A stretch of DNA of 62,982 nt from Candidatus Sumerlaeota bacterium (lineage in GTDB: Bacteria > Bacillota > SLNR01): positions 1 to 62,982 of the forward strand of contig SLNR01000033.1 in NCBI GenBank assembly GCA_007132905.1. The letters are read 5' to 3'. The first letter of the stretch is position 1. The number at the start of each line of letters is the position of its first letter. Below the pieces are notes generated by a model. The model ran no database searches, was not told where the DNA came from, and saw only the letters and a list, made by a program, of their open reading frames with translations. Shown in pieces: positions 1 through 10,161 of this stretch. The translations under genes were made by a program, and so were the position numbers.

Positions 1-7
1 CATGAAG

Positions 8-35
8 CGACCACCGAGGAAGCCCTCGGTGGTCG
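8..35 (-). other. Perfect 12-bp GC-rich hairpin downstream of the TAXI gene, lying between an SD-like sequence and an ATG at the window edge
   Basis: CGACCACCGAGG-aagc-CCTCGGTGGTCG; no U-tract on the - strand. Confidence 0.7.
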
Positions 36-56
36 TCACCCCCTTATTAGGCAGGG

Positions 57-1031
57 TTACTGCTCATCATAGAACCTTTGTACGCCTGGATGGAGTTCAA
101 TCGGCATTCCGTCCATGGCTGTTTCGAGTTGGAGATCTCCCCCTCTGACGTGAGCGGCTGCAATAGTATCCAAGTTTTCAAAAATGGCTTTGGTAATCTC
201 ATAGAAAAGGTCTTCGTCGACCTCTGAATGAGTGATAAGCATGGCCATAACAGCGACCCCTGTGACAGGCTCGTCCTGATTAGGATAAGTTCCCGCGGGG
301 ATAACAGCTTTAGTGTAAAATGGGTACTCATCCAAGAAAGCATCCAATTTGGCTTCATCGAAAGAGATTAACTGTACATCTTTTACGGTGGAGATGTCCT
401 GCACGACGGCTGTCGGAATGCCAGCTGTTAAAAAGGCAGCATCGATATGACCGTCTTTGATGTTGTCAGCAGCTTCAGAGAAAGTCAAATAGTCGGCTTT
501 ACCGAGATCTTCATAAGTAATGTCGTGGGCCAATAGAATTTGTCGGGCATTAGCTTCAGTGCCGCTGCCGGGAGCACCAACAGCGACATTCTTGCCAACC
601 AGATCATCAATTGTTTCGATTCCGGAATCGGCAGAAGCAACGATTTGAATGATTTCCGGATACCAGGTAGCGACTCCTCTCAAATAGTCATGAGGCACTG
701 CATCCTCGTACATTTCAACTCCGTTGAAAGCATAATAGGTAATGTCGTTTTGAACAAGCGCCAGCTCATTTTCCCTGTCATGTAAAAGTGTGATGTTTGC
801 CAAAGATGCTCCTGTTGATTCAGCTTGGGCTGATATCCCCTCAATATTGTCATTGAGAACTTGGGCAACGGCCGCCCCGAGGGGGTAATAAGTTCCAGCG
901 GGAGAACCTGTGGCGATACTGATATAGATAGTATCGTCATCAGGGGCGGCTTGACCGCAACCTACAGCAGCAACTGCCAACATAATGAATACCATCAAGA
1001 AAGCGAATCTTCTAACATTTTTCACATACAC
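57..1031 (-). CDS. TAXI-family TRAP transporter solute-binding lipoprotein
   Basis: Lipobox AVGC; ATGSPAGTYYPLG, STGASLANI and VAVGAPGSGTE motifs; C-terminal LHPGVQRFY. Confidence 0.92.
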   Translation of the reverse strand: MYVKNVRRFAFLMVFIMLAVAAVGCGQAAPDDDTIYISIATGSPAGTYYPLGAAVAQVLNDNIEGISAQAESTGASLANITLLHDRENELALVQNDITYYAFNGVEMYEDAVPHDYLRGVATWYPEIIQIVASADSGIETIDDLVGKNVAVGAPGSGTEANARQILLAHDITYEDLGKADYLTFSEAADNIKDGHIDAAFLTAGIPTAVVQDISTVKDVQLISFDEAKLDAFLDEYPFYTKAVIPAGTYPNQDEPVTGVAVMAMLITHSEVDEDLFYEITKAIFENLDTIAAAHVRGGDLQLETAMDGMPIELHPGVQRFYDEQ

Positions 1032-1179
1032 GACCTCCTCATTAATTGGTTTTTATCTAGCTATGAAAACAAAGTTGCTTTGCTTCCCTCCCCCCCCCTT
1101 CAATTTACCCAAATAATTATTCCATACGGAATATTGAAACCCTTCTTCATTAATGTGAATATTCAGAAAAAACATAAAA

Positions 1180-1208
1180 TTGACAGTGAAAAAAAACTGG
1201 GGTAATAT
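1180..1208 (+). promoter_or_regulatory. SigA promoter of the acpS operon
   Basis: TTGACA-N17-TAATAT just upstream of the acpS SD (AGGAGG). Confidence 0.65.
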
Positions 1209-1230
1209 GAAATAAATAGGAGGATGGCGA

Positions 1231-1629
1231 ATGATTTACGGTCTAGGTGTTGATATCGTCGAAATTCAAAGGATTAGAAGGATTGCCGAGCGTAAAGGCA
1301 GCCGTTTTTTTGGCAGGGTTTTTACAAAACAAGAACTTTCTTATTGTTTTGAGGCCAAGGATCCTTATCCACGCTTGGCCAGTCGTTTTGCGGCGAAAGA
1401 AGCTGTATTAAAAGCAATGGGCGAGGGATTGAGAAAAATGAAATGGAAAGAAATAGAGGTCTCGCGAGATAATAAAGGGAAACCACAAGTAAAACTCTCA
1501 GGAAAGGCAAATATAACTGCACAAGAAAAAGGGATACAGCGCATTCACATTTCTCTTACCCACAGTCGTGATTATGCAGCAGCACAGGCTGTTGCCTGGC
1601 AGGAGGAGAAGGCGAATGAGAATAGGTAG
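1231..1629 (+). CDS. acpS: Holo-[acyl-carrier-protein] synthase
   Basis: GLGVDIVEI, RFAAKEAVLKA, GKP and ISLTHS motifs. Confidence 0.96.
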   Translation: MIYGLGVDIVEIQRIRRIAERKGSRFFGRVFTKQELSYCFEAKDPYPRLASRFAAKEAVLKAMGEGLRKMKWKEIEVSRDNKGKPQVKLSGKANITAQEKGIQRIHISLTHSRDYAAAQAVAWQEEKANENR

Positions 1630-3202
1630 TCGACAGACAGTTCGTTCAATTGAAGACAAGGCTATGGAGGTTTTGAAAATTCCTTCTTTGCTGATGATGG
1701 ATCAAGCAGGGAAAAGAGTGGCGTGCGAAATTGAAAAGAGGACAGGTCCTTTTAAAGGCGTCATTGTGGTTCTAGCAGGAACCGGCAATAATGGGGGCGA
1801 TGGAATGGCGGCAGCTCGGCACCTCCACGCTAATGGGTATGATGTGTCCGTTTTTCTTGCCGGCGAAGAGAAAAGTCTTTCTGATAATGGCAAACTATAC
1901 TTTCATATCCTTAAAAAGAGCGGAGTTCCGGTCATATCTATAGTCCGGGGGGCCGCTTTTTCGATACTAGAGGATAATCTTAGAAAAACGGATATTGTGG
2001 TAGATGCTTTGGCAGGTATTGGGTTGAGAGGAAGCTTACAGCCCTTATTGAAAAAGATTATTTTTTGTGCTAATGAAACAGATGCTTTGAAAGTTGCTGT
2101 GGACATACCAACGGGAGTCAATGCCAACACGGGAGAAGCTGATAACGCTTTCGAATCAGATGTTACGGTTACTTTTATTTTGCCTAAAGCGGGACTGTAT
2201 CTTTATCCTGGAGCGTCGTTTGCTGGGAATATTGTTTTGGATACATTGAGTCTTCCAAAAGGGCTTATGCCAAAAGAAGAAGTGGATATGTTTTTAATTG
2301 ACTCGAGGGTGGCAGAAGAACTCATTATGCCGCGCAGAGAAAACTCTCATAAAGGACAGCATGGGAAAACTCTCATAATCGCTGGGTCCAAAACAATGCC
2401 GGGGGCCGCTTTGATAGCCGCTTTGGGCGCACTTCGAGCCGGCAGTGGTCTTGTGAAACTCGCCATGCCGAAAACCGCTTGGATGTGTGTATCTTATTTT
2501 CCAGAAGTGATACCTGTCTTTTTAGAAGATGAAGGTAGTGGACTGCTTAACGACTCGGGAGCAGAGGAGATATTCAAAGAGATTTCAGAGTCAGATACGG
2601 TGGCCATTGGCCCTGGTTTAACTCAGCACAGCGAGGTCAAAGATTTGATCAAAAAGCTAATTATATCCATAGATAGACCGATGGTGATCGATGCCGATGG
2701 TTTGAATGCTTTGGCAGGAGAGACTTCAAAACTTAATGAAATCGATTATCCTAAAGTGCTAACCCCCCATCCGGGCGAGATGGCACGTCTTTGTGAGGTT
2801 TCCACTGCCGAGATTCAGTCAGACCGCACCTCATACGCACTTAAAGCAGCTGAGAAGTGGCAGGCGGTAGTGGTTTTAAAGGGGGCCGGGACCGTCGTTG
2901 CTTCACCCGGAGGCAGAGTATTCATTAATACTACCGGCAATCCGGGTATGGCCGCTGGAGGTTTTGGGGATGTGCTGACCGGTATGATCGCCGGACTGAT
3001 CGGACAAGGATATAAAGAAGAAGAAGCGGCTGTTTTAAGTGTCTATGTACACGGAAAAACTGCCGATGAGCTGGCTCGAACCAAGGGGACAATGGGGCTA
3101 ACCCCTAGTGAAACCGCAGAAATGATTCCGCACGTGCTGCATAATCTAGCAAGAGATTTTTTAAAGCAGGAAAAAGGGCTTGACAATGGAAAGGTATATT
3201 AA
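1616..3202 (+). CDS. nnr: Bifunctional NAD(P)H-hydrate epimerase/dehydratase (NnrE-NnrD)
   Basis: GTGNNGGDG, VDIPTG, SHKG..G, IDADGLN, LTPHPGEM and NPGMAAGGFGDVL motifs; start moved to ATG 1616 behind AGGAGG. Confidence 0.93.
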   Translation: MRIGSRQTVRSIEDKAMEVLKIPSLLMMDQAGKRVACEIEKRTGPFKGVIVVLAGTGNNGGDGMAAARHLHANGYDVSVFLAGEEKSLSDNGKLYFHILKKSGVPVISIVRGAAFSILEDNLRKTDIVVDALAGIGLRGSLQPLLKKIIFCANETDALKVAVDIPTGVNANTGEADNAFESDVTVTFILPKAGLYLYPGASFAGNIVLDTLSLPKGLMPKEEVDMFLIDSRVAEELIMPRRENSHKGQHGKTLIIAGSKTMPGAALIAALGALRAGSGLVKLAMPKTAWMCVSYFPEVIPVFLEDEGSGLLNDSGAEEIFKEISESDTVAIGPGLTQHSEVKDLIKKLIISIDRPMVIDADGLNALAGETSKLNEIDYPKVLTPHPGEMARLCEVSTAEIQSDRTSYALKAAEKWQAVVVLKGAGTVVASPGGRVFINTTGNPGMAAGGFGDVLTGMIAGLIGQGYKEEEAAVLSVYVHGKTADELARTKGTMGLTPSETAEMIPHVLHNLARDFLKQEKGLDNGKVY

Positions 3203-3240
3203 ACACGAAGCGATAGGAAACAGAGGAGGCGAAAATAAGG

Positions 3241-4443
3241 ATGAGCGTCATGGCTGATGTCCGGCCTGCTTGGGTAGAGATTGATTTAGATGCAATTACA
3301 AACAATTATAAGGCAGTAAGGAAAACATTGAAGGATGAAACAAAAATCATGGCCGTGGTGAAAGGAGACGCCTATGGATGTGCTTCTGCACTGCCGGCTC
3401 AGATGCTGCTTGAGTTGGGCGCTGATTATTTAGCGGTTGCGATATTGGATGAAGCGTTAGAACTTAGAAAGGCAGGGATTGAAGACCCGATTTTAGTCTT
3501 AGGTTATACACCGGCTTCGCAAGCCAAGCTTGCTGTCAAAAATGATATTACGCTGACGGTTTACCGGAAGGAAAGTGTAGAAGCCGTATCTAAAGCAGCT
3601 CAGGAACTTAAAAAGATCGGAAAAGTTCACATAAAAGTGGATACCGGAATGGGTCGCATAGGTCTGCAGCCTGGTCAAGAAGTTGTTAAATTTATTAAGG
3701 AAGCAAAGAATCTCGATAAGATAGAAACGGAAGGCATCTACACTCATTTCTCGGTAGCGGAAATGGAAGAGCCTGGGGATAAAGAATATACATATGATCA
3801 ACTTTCTATATTTGAAGAGACTCTTTCTATGCTTCAAAAAGAAGAGATGGAAGTTCCTATCAAGCATGCTTGCAATAGTGCAGCGATCATGAATATCCCC
3901 GAATCCCGGTTAGATATGGTGCGGACCGGGTCAGCCATCTTTGGGATTACCGTCACGGACGAGATTAATCGAAAGTTGGACCTAAGGCCGGTGATTTCGC
4001 TAAAAGCAAGCATTGGACATGTCAAAAAAGTTCCGAAAGGACGCGCAATCAGCTATGGCCGAACTTATGTTACGGAAAAAGAAACCACAATAGCCACACT
4101 GCCTTTAGGGTATGCTGATGGTTACAGCCGGCTTTTGTCTAATCAGAGCCAGGTGCTTGTTGGCGGGAAAAAAAATCCCCAAATTGGCCTGGTCTGCATG
4201 GACCAGTGCATGGTGGATGTAAGTGAAGTGGAACCAACTCCTCAGGTCAACGACACTGCAGTGCTTCTCGGCAGGCAGGGAGAGGAAGAAATCACCATGG
4301 GGGATTTAGCTCGCATTATGGGAGCGAAGGCGAATGATCTTGAAGTGGTGACTCACTTCACAAAGAGACTCCCCAGGGTCTATATCTGGCAGGGAGAACC
4401 AATCGCTGTTTATGACATGAACGGATTAAGAAAAAAACAGTAG
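3241..4443 (+). CDS. alr: Alanine racemase family PLP enzyme (divergent)
   Basis: AVVKGDAYG (PLP Lys), KVDTGMGRIG, ISYG (catalytic Tyr), GYADG, CMDQ; acpS-nnr-alr context. Confidence 0.88.
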   Translation: MSVMADVRPAWVEIDLDAITNNYKAVRKTLKDETKIMAVVKGDAYGCASALPAQMLLELGADYLAVAILDEALELRKAGIEDPILVLGYTPASQAKLAVKNDITLTVYRKESVEAVSKAAQELKKIGKVHIKVDTGMGRIGLQPGQEVVKFIKEAKNLDKIETEGIYTHFSVAEMEEPGDKEYTYDQLSIFEETLSMLQKEEMEVPIKHACNSAAIMNIPESRLDMVRTGSAIFGITVTDEINRKLDLRPVISLKASIGHVKKVPKGRAISYGRTYVTEKETTIATLPLGYADGYSRLLSNQSQVLVGGKKNPQIGLVCMDQCMVDVSEVEPTPQVNDTAVLLGRQGEEEITMGDLARIMGAKANDLEVVTHFTKRLPRVYIWQGEPIAVYDMNGLRKKQ

Positions 4444-4638
4444 ATGCAATCAAAGACTTCAATATGAAGGAGAATGATGGGAAAAAGCGAATACAATTTG
4501 GTGGTTGAATCAGAACTTTTCGGAGGGATGGTTATTTTTTCATCAATAGCTTGGCTATCGCCTTGCCTGACTTTGTAAGTGCTCATAGCTGAGCTTTTCC
4601 TTTTCGTTTGTTTGAAGTAAATCAAGTGATAGGAGGGT

Positions 4639-6324
4639 TTGATTGTGTTTGATAAGGAAAAAATCAAACAAATCAAGAAAAAGAATGAAGAGTGGGAAGA
4701 AAGCAAGGTTCAAAAGGCGATTAGTCGATTTCCCGAAAGAAAAGAGGATTTTGAGACCATTTCTGAGCTTCCGGTAGAAAGGCTTTATACACCTTGCGAC
4801 GTTGAAAACCTGGACTATCTTGAGGATTTGGGATTCCCGGGGGAGTTTCCTTATACGCGCGGGGTACAGCCTACGATGTATCGGGGAAGATTTTGGACGA
4901 TGAGGCAGTATGCTGGATTTGCTTCAGCGGAAGAATCCAATACTCGATACAAATACCTTCTAAAACAGGGACAGACAGGTCTTAGTGTGGCTTTTGATTT
5001 ACCAACGCAAATCGGTTATGATTCTGACCATGATATGTCAGAAGGGGAAGTTGGAAAAGTTGGTGTGGCGATCGATTCCCTGGCGGATATGGAGATTCTG
5101 TTTGACGAGATTCCTCTTGACAAAGTGAGCACATCCATGACCATTAATGCCCCGGCCGCCGTTTTGTTGGCCATGTATGTTGCCGTGGCCGAAAAGCAAG
5201 GAATTTCACCGGATAAACTCACTGGTACGATTCAAAATGATATTTTGAAAGAATATGCAGCAAGGGGAACTTTCATATTTCCTCCGAAACCATCAATGAG
5301 ATTAATCACGGATACTTTTGAATATTGTTTTAATAGTGTACCCGGATGGAACACCATAAGCATCAGCGGCTACCATATAAGAGAGGCCGGGTCTACGGCG
5401 GTTCAGGAAGTTGCTTTCACACTGGCAAACGGCATAGCGTATGTCGAGGCTGCTATTGAGGCGGGATTGGATGTGGATGATTTTGGACCAAGACTTTCTT
5501 TTTTCTTTAATTCCCATCTTGATCTTTTAGAGGAAGTAGCAAAATTCAGAGCAGCAAGAAGACTTTGGGCCCGCATCATGAAAGAAAGATTTAAGGCAAA
5601 GAACCCTAAATCCTTAATGCTCCGTTTCCACACCCAGACGGCAGGATCAACCCTCACCGCACAGCAGCCCAATAACAATATTGTCAGAGTTGCCCTGCAG
5701 GCGCTGTCAGCTGTATTAGGCGGAACACAATCGCTGCATACAAACTCTAAGGATGAGGCTTTGGCCCTTCCTTCTGAAGAATCCGTACAAATTGCTCTCA
5801 GAACCCAGCAGATTTTGGCCGAAGAAAGCGGGGCGGCCGATACGATTGATCCTTTGGCCGGGTCATATTATGTGGAGAATTTGACGGAAAAAATTGAAAA
5901 AGAAGCACTTGAATATATTGAGAGAATCGATGACTTGGGTGGCTCTCCCTCCGCTATTGAAAAAGGCTTTATTCAAAAAGAGATACAGGAGAGTGCCTAT
6001 CGGTATCAAAGAAGTGTTGAAGAACAAGAAAGAATTGTAGTTGGCGTCAATAAATATAAAACAGACGAAGCACCACCCGAAGACCTGCTCGAAGTGGATC
6101 CCGCCGTTGGAGAGCTGCAGACAGAAAAACTTGCAGAGCTTAGAAAGACCAGAAAAGACGACGATGTTCGCAAAACACTCAAAGACTTAAAAGAAGCAGC
6201 TGAAGGGAAGGAAAATCTCATGCCTTATATACTTGACTGTGTCAAGGCTTATGCAACTCTAGGCGAGATATGTGATGTGCTTCGTGATGTTTTCGGTGAA
6301 TACGAACAGGCAGTCTTGTTTTAG
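4639..6324 (+). CDS. mcmA: Methylmalonyl-CoA mutase, substrate-binding (large) subunit
   Basis: [54 protein letters not shown]; Tyr (RQY) and Arg determinants match methylmalonyl- rather than isobutyryl-CoA mutase. Start is TTG 4639 or GTG 4645. Confidence 0.93.
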   Translation: MIVFDKEKIKQIKKKNEEWEESKVQKAISRFPERKEDFETISELPVERLYTPCDVENLDYLEDLGFPGEFPYTRGVQPTMYRGRFWTMRQYAGFASAEESNTRYKYLLKQGQTGLSVAFDLPTQIGYDSDHDMSEGEVGKVGVAIDSLADMEILFDEIPLDKVSTSMTINAPAAVLLAMYVAVAEKQGISPDKLTGTIQNDILKEYAARGTFIFPPKPSMRLITDTFEYCFNSVPGWNTISISGYHIREAGSTAVQEVAFTLANGIAYVEAAIEAGLDVDDFGPRLSFFFNSHLDLLEEVAKFRAARRLWARIMKERFKAKNPKSLMLRFHTQTAGSTLTAQQPNNNIVRVALQALSAVLGGTQSLHTNSKDEALALPSEESVQIALRTQQILAEESGAADTIDPLAGSYYVENLTEKIEKEALEYIERIDDLGGSPSAIEKGFIQKEIQESAYRYQRSVEEQERIVVGVNKYKTDEAPPEDLLEVDPAVGELQTEKLAELRKTRKDDDVRKTLKDLKEAAEGKENLMPYILDCVKAYATLGEICDVLRDVFGEYEQAVLF

Positions 6325-6352
6325 TTCGGAGCGGATAAGGAGGGATGGAACA

Positions 6353-6751
6353 ATGAATAAGGAGAAAAATATTCGGGTATTGGTGGCCAAACCGGGATTA
6401 GATGGTCACGACAGAGGAGCCAAAGTCATTGCCCGTGCGCTAAGAGACGCAGGCATGGAAGTTATTTATACAGGGTTGAGGCAATCCCCTGAACAAATTG
6501 TCCAGGCAGCTGTGCAGGAAGACGCAGATGTCATTGCCGTCAGTATTTTGTCCGGCGCACATATGCATTTGCTCCCGCGAATAGTAGATATGTCAAAAGA
6601 ATCAGGTCTTGAAGATGTGTTGGTCATTGCCGGAGGTGTTATTCCGCAAGGTGATATTAAAAAGCTTGCTGATTCGGGTGTTGCGGGTGTCTTCACTTCC
6701 GGAACCTCAACAAAGGAGATTATTGACTTTATTCAAAATCAAGTGAATTGA
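6353..6751 (+). CDS. mcmB: Methylmalonyl-CoA mutase cobalamin-binding subunit
   Basis: [13 protein letters not shown] (DxHxxG), SILSGAH, GG motifs; ATG 6353 behind AAGGAGG. Confidence 0.93.
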   Translation: MNKEKNIRVLVAKPGLDGHDRGAKVIARALRDAGMEVIYTGLRQSPEQIVQAAVQEDADVIAVSILSGAHMHLLPRIVDMSKESGLEDVLVIAGGVIPQGDIKKLADSGVAGVFTSGTSTKEIIDFIQNQVN

Positions 6752-6766
6752 CTTTAGGGAGAGACG

Positions 6767-7714
6767 GTGAAATCATTGTCACTAGCACAAAAGGCACGTG
6801 AAGGGGATAGGCTCTCAGTTGCCCGTTTAATCACCATGGTCGAAAACAGACAGGAAGAAGCTGAAAAAGAGCTTGCTTTTTTGCATTCCTATACTGGTAA
6901 AGCGAAAGTCATTGGGGTTACGGGCCCCCCCGGAGCGGGCAAAAGTACATTGACCGGAAAATTTGTAAAACAGTGGCGAGCTCTTGGCAAGAAAGTAGCT
7001 GTGGTAGCGGTGGATCCGACCAGTCCTTTTACCGGGGGGTCACTGCTGGGGGATCGTCTTAGGATGTCTGAATTAACTACGGACCCCGGGGTGTTTATTA
7101 GGAGCATGAGTACTAGGGGGAGTTTAGGTGGATTGGCCGCGGCTACAGGTGATGTAATTCGCGTATTGGATGCAGCCGGATATGAAATTATTATTGTAGA
7201 AACAGTCGGTGTGGGGCAGGCAGAAGTGGACATAATGGAAATAGCCGACAGTGTTCTTGTTATCACGGTCCCAGGCCTTGGGGATGATATTCAGATTAGC
7301 AAAGCGGGCATCATGGAAATAGGAGATGTCTTTATCGTAAATAAAGCGGACCGTCATGGAGCCGACCAAATTGTGACAGCTTTGGATATGATGCTGGATT
7401 TAAATCCCACCGAAAATGATTGGCGTCCCCCCATCATTAAAACGGTGGCAACTTCCGGGGAAGGGATTGAGGATTTAGTAAAAAAAGTGCAAGAACATTT
7501 TTCCTATACTGAAAAAGCAGGTCTTCTTGAAGGAAGAAAGATGCAGCGGACAAAAAACGAAATTGTAAACATACTCAAGAAGAGGTTTGAAGAAACAGTT
7601 ATCGACCCAGCGGAGGCTGAAGGTGCTTTGGACTCATACGCCAAAAAAGTTTATGAAAAAGAAATGGATCCATATCAAGCGGTGGATAAAATTATGAAGG
7701 AAAAGGACAGATAA
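6767..7714 (+). CDS. meaB: Mutase-associated GTPase chaperone MeaB
   Basis: GPPGAGKST, DPTSPFTGGSLLGDR, ETVGVGQ, VNKAD. Confidence 0.94.
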   Translation: MKSLSLAQKAREGDRLSVARLITMVENRQEEAEKELAFLHSYTGKAKVIGVTGPPGAGKSTLTGKFVKQWRALGKKVAVVAVDPTSPFTGGSLLGDRLRMSELTTDPGVFIRSMSTRGSLGGLAAATGDVIRVLDAAGYEIIIVETVGVGQAEVDIMEIADSVLVITVPGLGDDIQISKAGIMEIGDVFIVNKADRHGADQIVTALDMMLDLNPTENDWRPPIIKTVATSGEGIEDLVKKVQEHFSYTEKAGLLEGRKMQRTKNEIVNILKKRFEETVIDPAEAEGALDSYAKKVYEKEMDPYQAVDKIMKEKDR

Positions 7715-7726
7715 GGAGGGATTGCT

Positions 7727-8137
7727 TTGTTTGGTAAAATTAGTCATTTGGGGATTGCCGTAAAAAATATCGAAGATTCGCTAAAGCTTTATACAGATGT
7801 TTTCGGATTGGAGTTAGAGGGAATCGAAGAGGTTCCTGAGCAAAAAGTTAAAGTTGCCTTTCTTCCGATTGGCGAAAGCAGAATTGAACTATTGGAAGCA
7901 ACGGAGCCTGACAGTGCCGTGGCCAAGTTTATTGAAAAAAAAGGCGAAGGTATCCAACACATTGCATTTCAAGTTGAAAACGTGGAAAAAGCTATCACAT
8001 CTGCTAAGGAGATGGGTTTGAAAATGATAGACGAAAAACCCCGTAAAGGGGCTGGGGGAGCAAAGATTGCTTTTATACACCCCAAAAATACTTACGGCGT
8101 GTTGATGGAATTATGCGAGCACGAGGATGACCATTAG
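7727..8137 (+). CDS. mce: Methylmalonyl-CoA epimerase
   Basis: VOC fold: [33 protein letters not shown]; operon context. Confidence 0.93.
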   Translation: MFGKISHLGIAVKNIEDSLKLYTDVFGLELEGIEEVPEQKVKVAFLPIGESRIELLEATEPDSAVAKFIEKKGEGIQHIAFQVENVEKAITSAKEMGLKMIDEKPRKGAGGAKIAFIHPKNTYGVLMELCEHEDDH

Positions 8138-8162
8138 GAAAATCAAGGAGGGATGAGCGAGA

Positions 8163-9716
8163 ATGTCAGAGGAACTAGAAAAGAAGTTAGAAGAATTGCA
8201 GATTGAACGAGATAGGATCCGCGCCGGAGGCGGAGAGAAGAGAATACAAAAACAGCATGATTCAGGGAAGATGACGGCCCGGGAAAGGGTAGATGCTTTT
8301 CTAGACGAAGGAAGCTTCGTGGAAATGGACATGTTTGTAAAGCATAGGGCAGTGGATTTTGGAATGGACAAAGTGGATGCTCCCGGTGAGGGAGTTGTGG
8401 TAGGCCATGGAACAGTCAACGGGCGGCAGATTTGTGTTTCTGCTCAGGATTTCACAGTTATTGGGGGATCCTTAGGAGAGATGCATGCCGCTAAAATATG
8501 CAAAGCCATGGATTTAGCCAGTAAAATTGGTGTTCCTTTTATTTGCTTGAACGATTCGGGAGGAGCACGAATCCAAGAGGGCGTGGATGCCTTAAAAGGA
8601 TATGGAGAGATTTTCTACCGAAACACAGTTTGTTCCGGTGTCATTCCGCAGATTTCTGTTATCATGGGGCCTTGCGCTGGAGGAGCGGTTTACTCGCCGG
8701 CTCTTACAGATTTTGTATTTATGTCTAAAGGTGCGAATATGTTTATTACAGGTCCTGAAGTAATTAAGACCGTAACCGGAGAGAATGTAACTTTTGAAGA
8801 GTTAGGTGGAGCCATGACTCACAATCAAACGAGTGGTGTGGCCCATTTTGTGGCTGAAGATGAGCAGCAATGCTTAGAAGATGTAAAGAAATTGTTATCT
8901 TTTTTGCCGGATAATAATTTGGATGAAGTTCCTTTGGTAGAAACCAAAGACGATCCCAATAGGATGGATGAATTTTTACAGGACCTCATTCCATTGAATC
9001 CGAATAAACCTTATGATGTCAGGGATGTTCTTAAAAGTGTTTTTGATGATGGGGATTTTCTTGAAGTGCAGGAGTTGTATGCTCAAAACATTGTCGTTGG
9101 GTTCGGCAGGTTAAATGGACGCACTGTGGGGGCTGTTGCCAATCAGCCCAAAATTATGGCGGGATGTCTTGATATCAACGCTTCTGACAAAGCAGCTAGA
9201 TTTGTCAGATTTTGCGATGCGTTTAATATCCCGCTGTTAACTTTTTCAGATGTGCCCGGTTATCTTCCGGGAGTAAGTCAAGAACACGGCGGTGTTATCC
9301 GCCATGGAGCAAAGCTCTTATATGCTTATTCTGAAGCAACGGTGCCCAAGATTACGGTGATATTAAGAAAAGCCTATGGAGGTGCTTACATTGCCATGTG
9401 CAGCCGCCATCTGGCCGCGGACATGGTCTTTGCTCTTCCTACGGCGGAGATTGCCGTCATGGGACCATCCGGTGCTGCCAATATTATTTACAGGAAAGAA
9501 ATCAAAGCTGCAGAAAATCCCGACGATCTGAGGGAGCAGAAAATCGAAGAGTTTAGAGAGCGTTCGGCCAATCCTTATGTAGCAGCATCTAGAGGGTATG
9601 TAGATGATATAATACAGCCTAAGGAGATGAGGCCGAAACTGATAAGTTCTTTAGAAACACTATTGAATAAAAGAGAGTCTAGACCTAGCAAAAAACATGG
9701 AAATCTACCTGTTTAA
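8163..9716 (+). CDS. mmdA: Methylmalonyl-CoA decarboxylase alpha (carboxyltransferase) subunit
   Basis: GKMTARER, DSGGARIQEG, GPCAGGAVYSPALTD, RKAYGGAY, KKHGNLPV. Confidence 0.92.
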   Translation: MSEELEKKLEELQIERDRIRAGGGEKRIQKQHDSGKMTARERVDAFLDEGSFVEMDMFVKHRAVDFGMDKVDAPGEGVVVGHGTVNGRQICVSAQDFTVIGGSLGEMHAAKICKAMDLASKIGVPFICLNDSGGARIQEGVDALKGYGEIFYRNTVCSGVIPQISVIMGPCAGGAVYSPALTDFVFMSKGANMFITGPEVIKTVTGENVTFEELGGAMTHNQTSGVAHFVAEDEQQCLEDVKKLLSFLPDNNLDEVPLVETKDDPNRMDEFLQDLIPLNPNKPYDVRDVLKSVFDDGDFLEVQELYAQNIVVGFGRLNGRTVGAVANQPKIMAGCLDINASDKAARFVRFCDAFNIPLLTFSDVPGYLPGVSQEHGGVIRHGAKLLYAYSEATVPKITVILRKAYGGAYIAMCSRHLAADMVFALPTAEIAVMGPSGAANIIYRKEIKAAENPDDLREQKIEEFRERSANPYVAASRGYVDDIIQPKEMRPKLISSLETLLNKRESRPSKKHGNLPV

Positions 9717-9750
9717 GGATGGATAGTGACTAAAGAGAGGTGTGTATTGC

Positions 9751-10119
9751 ATGGATGGACGTTTGTGGCTTGGTATAGAAACGGCGGTTGTAGGAATGGG
9801 GATCGTCTTTTTGGCCCTTTATTCTTTGACCTTGATTTTACAGGTTTTTCGAAAGATTTTCTATCAAGAAGAGATAGAGGAAAGTTTAAGCGAAGAACCG
9901 GCAGCAACTCCTGCTGCTTCCTCGGATTTAGGCAGCCAGGAGGAGATCACAGCGGCTATTACGGCAGCGGTCGCATCCTTTATGGATAAAACAAGCCAGC
10001 AAATCTCTATAGTCGGGATAAGGGCCAAGAGTGAACAAAAATCAGGCTGGACCGGCAGCGGTTGGAAAATGGCCGGCAGAACGGAAATGATGGAAAAAAG
10101 GCAAGAACATTATGAATAA
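9751..10119 (+). CDS. mmdD: Na+-transporting decarboxylase delta (OadG-like) membrane anchor
   Basis: N-terminal TM helix GMGIVFLAL, EITAAITAAV, SGWKMAGR; lies between mmdA and mmdC. Confidence 0.85.
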   Translation: MDGRLWLGIETAVVGMGIVFLALYSLTLILQVFRKIFYQEEIEESLSEEPAATPAASSDLGSQEEITAAITAAVASFMDKTSQQISIVGIRAKSEQKSGWTGSGWKMAGRTEMMEKRQEHYE

Positions 10120-10161
10120 AAGCATAGTATTGAAAGAGCTGGCGAAAGGAGTTATTGAAAG

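Noticed and set aside
1158-1172. CodY-like AATATTCAGAAAAAA, and AATTTTCT copies upstream of buk
   Set aside because: Three or more mismatches to an AT-rich consensus in AT-rich DNA; cannot be supported without a PWM scan
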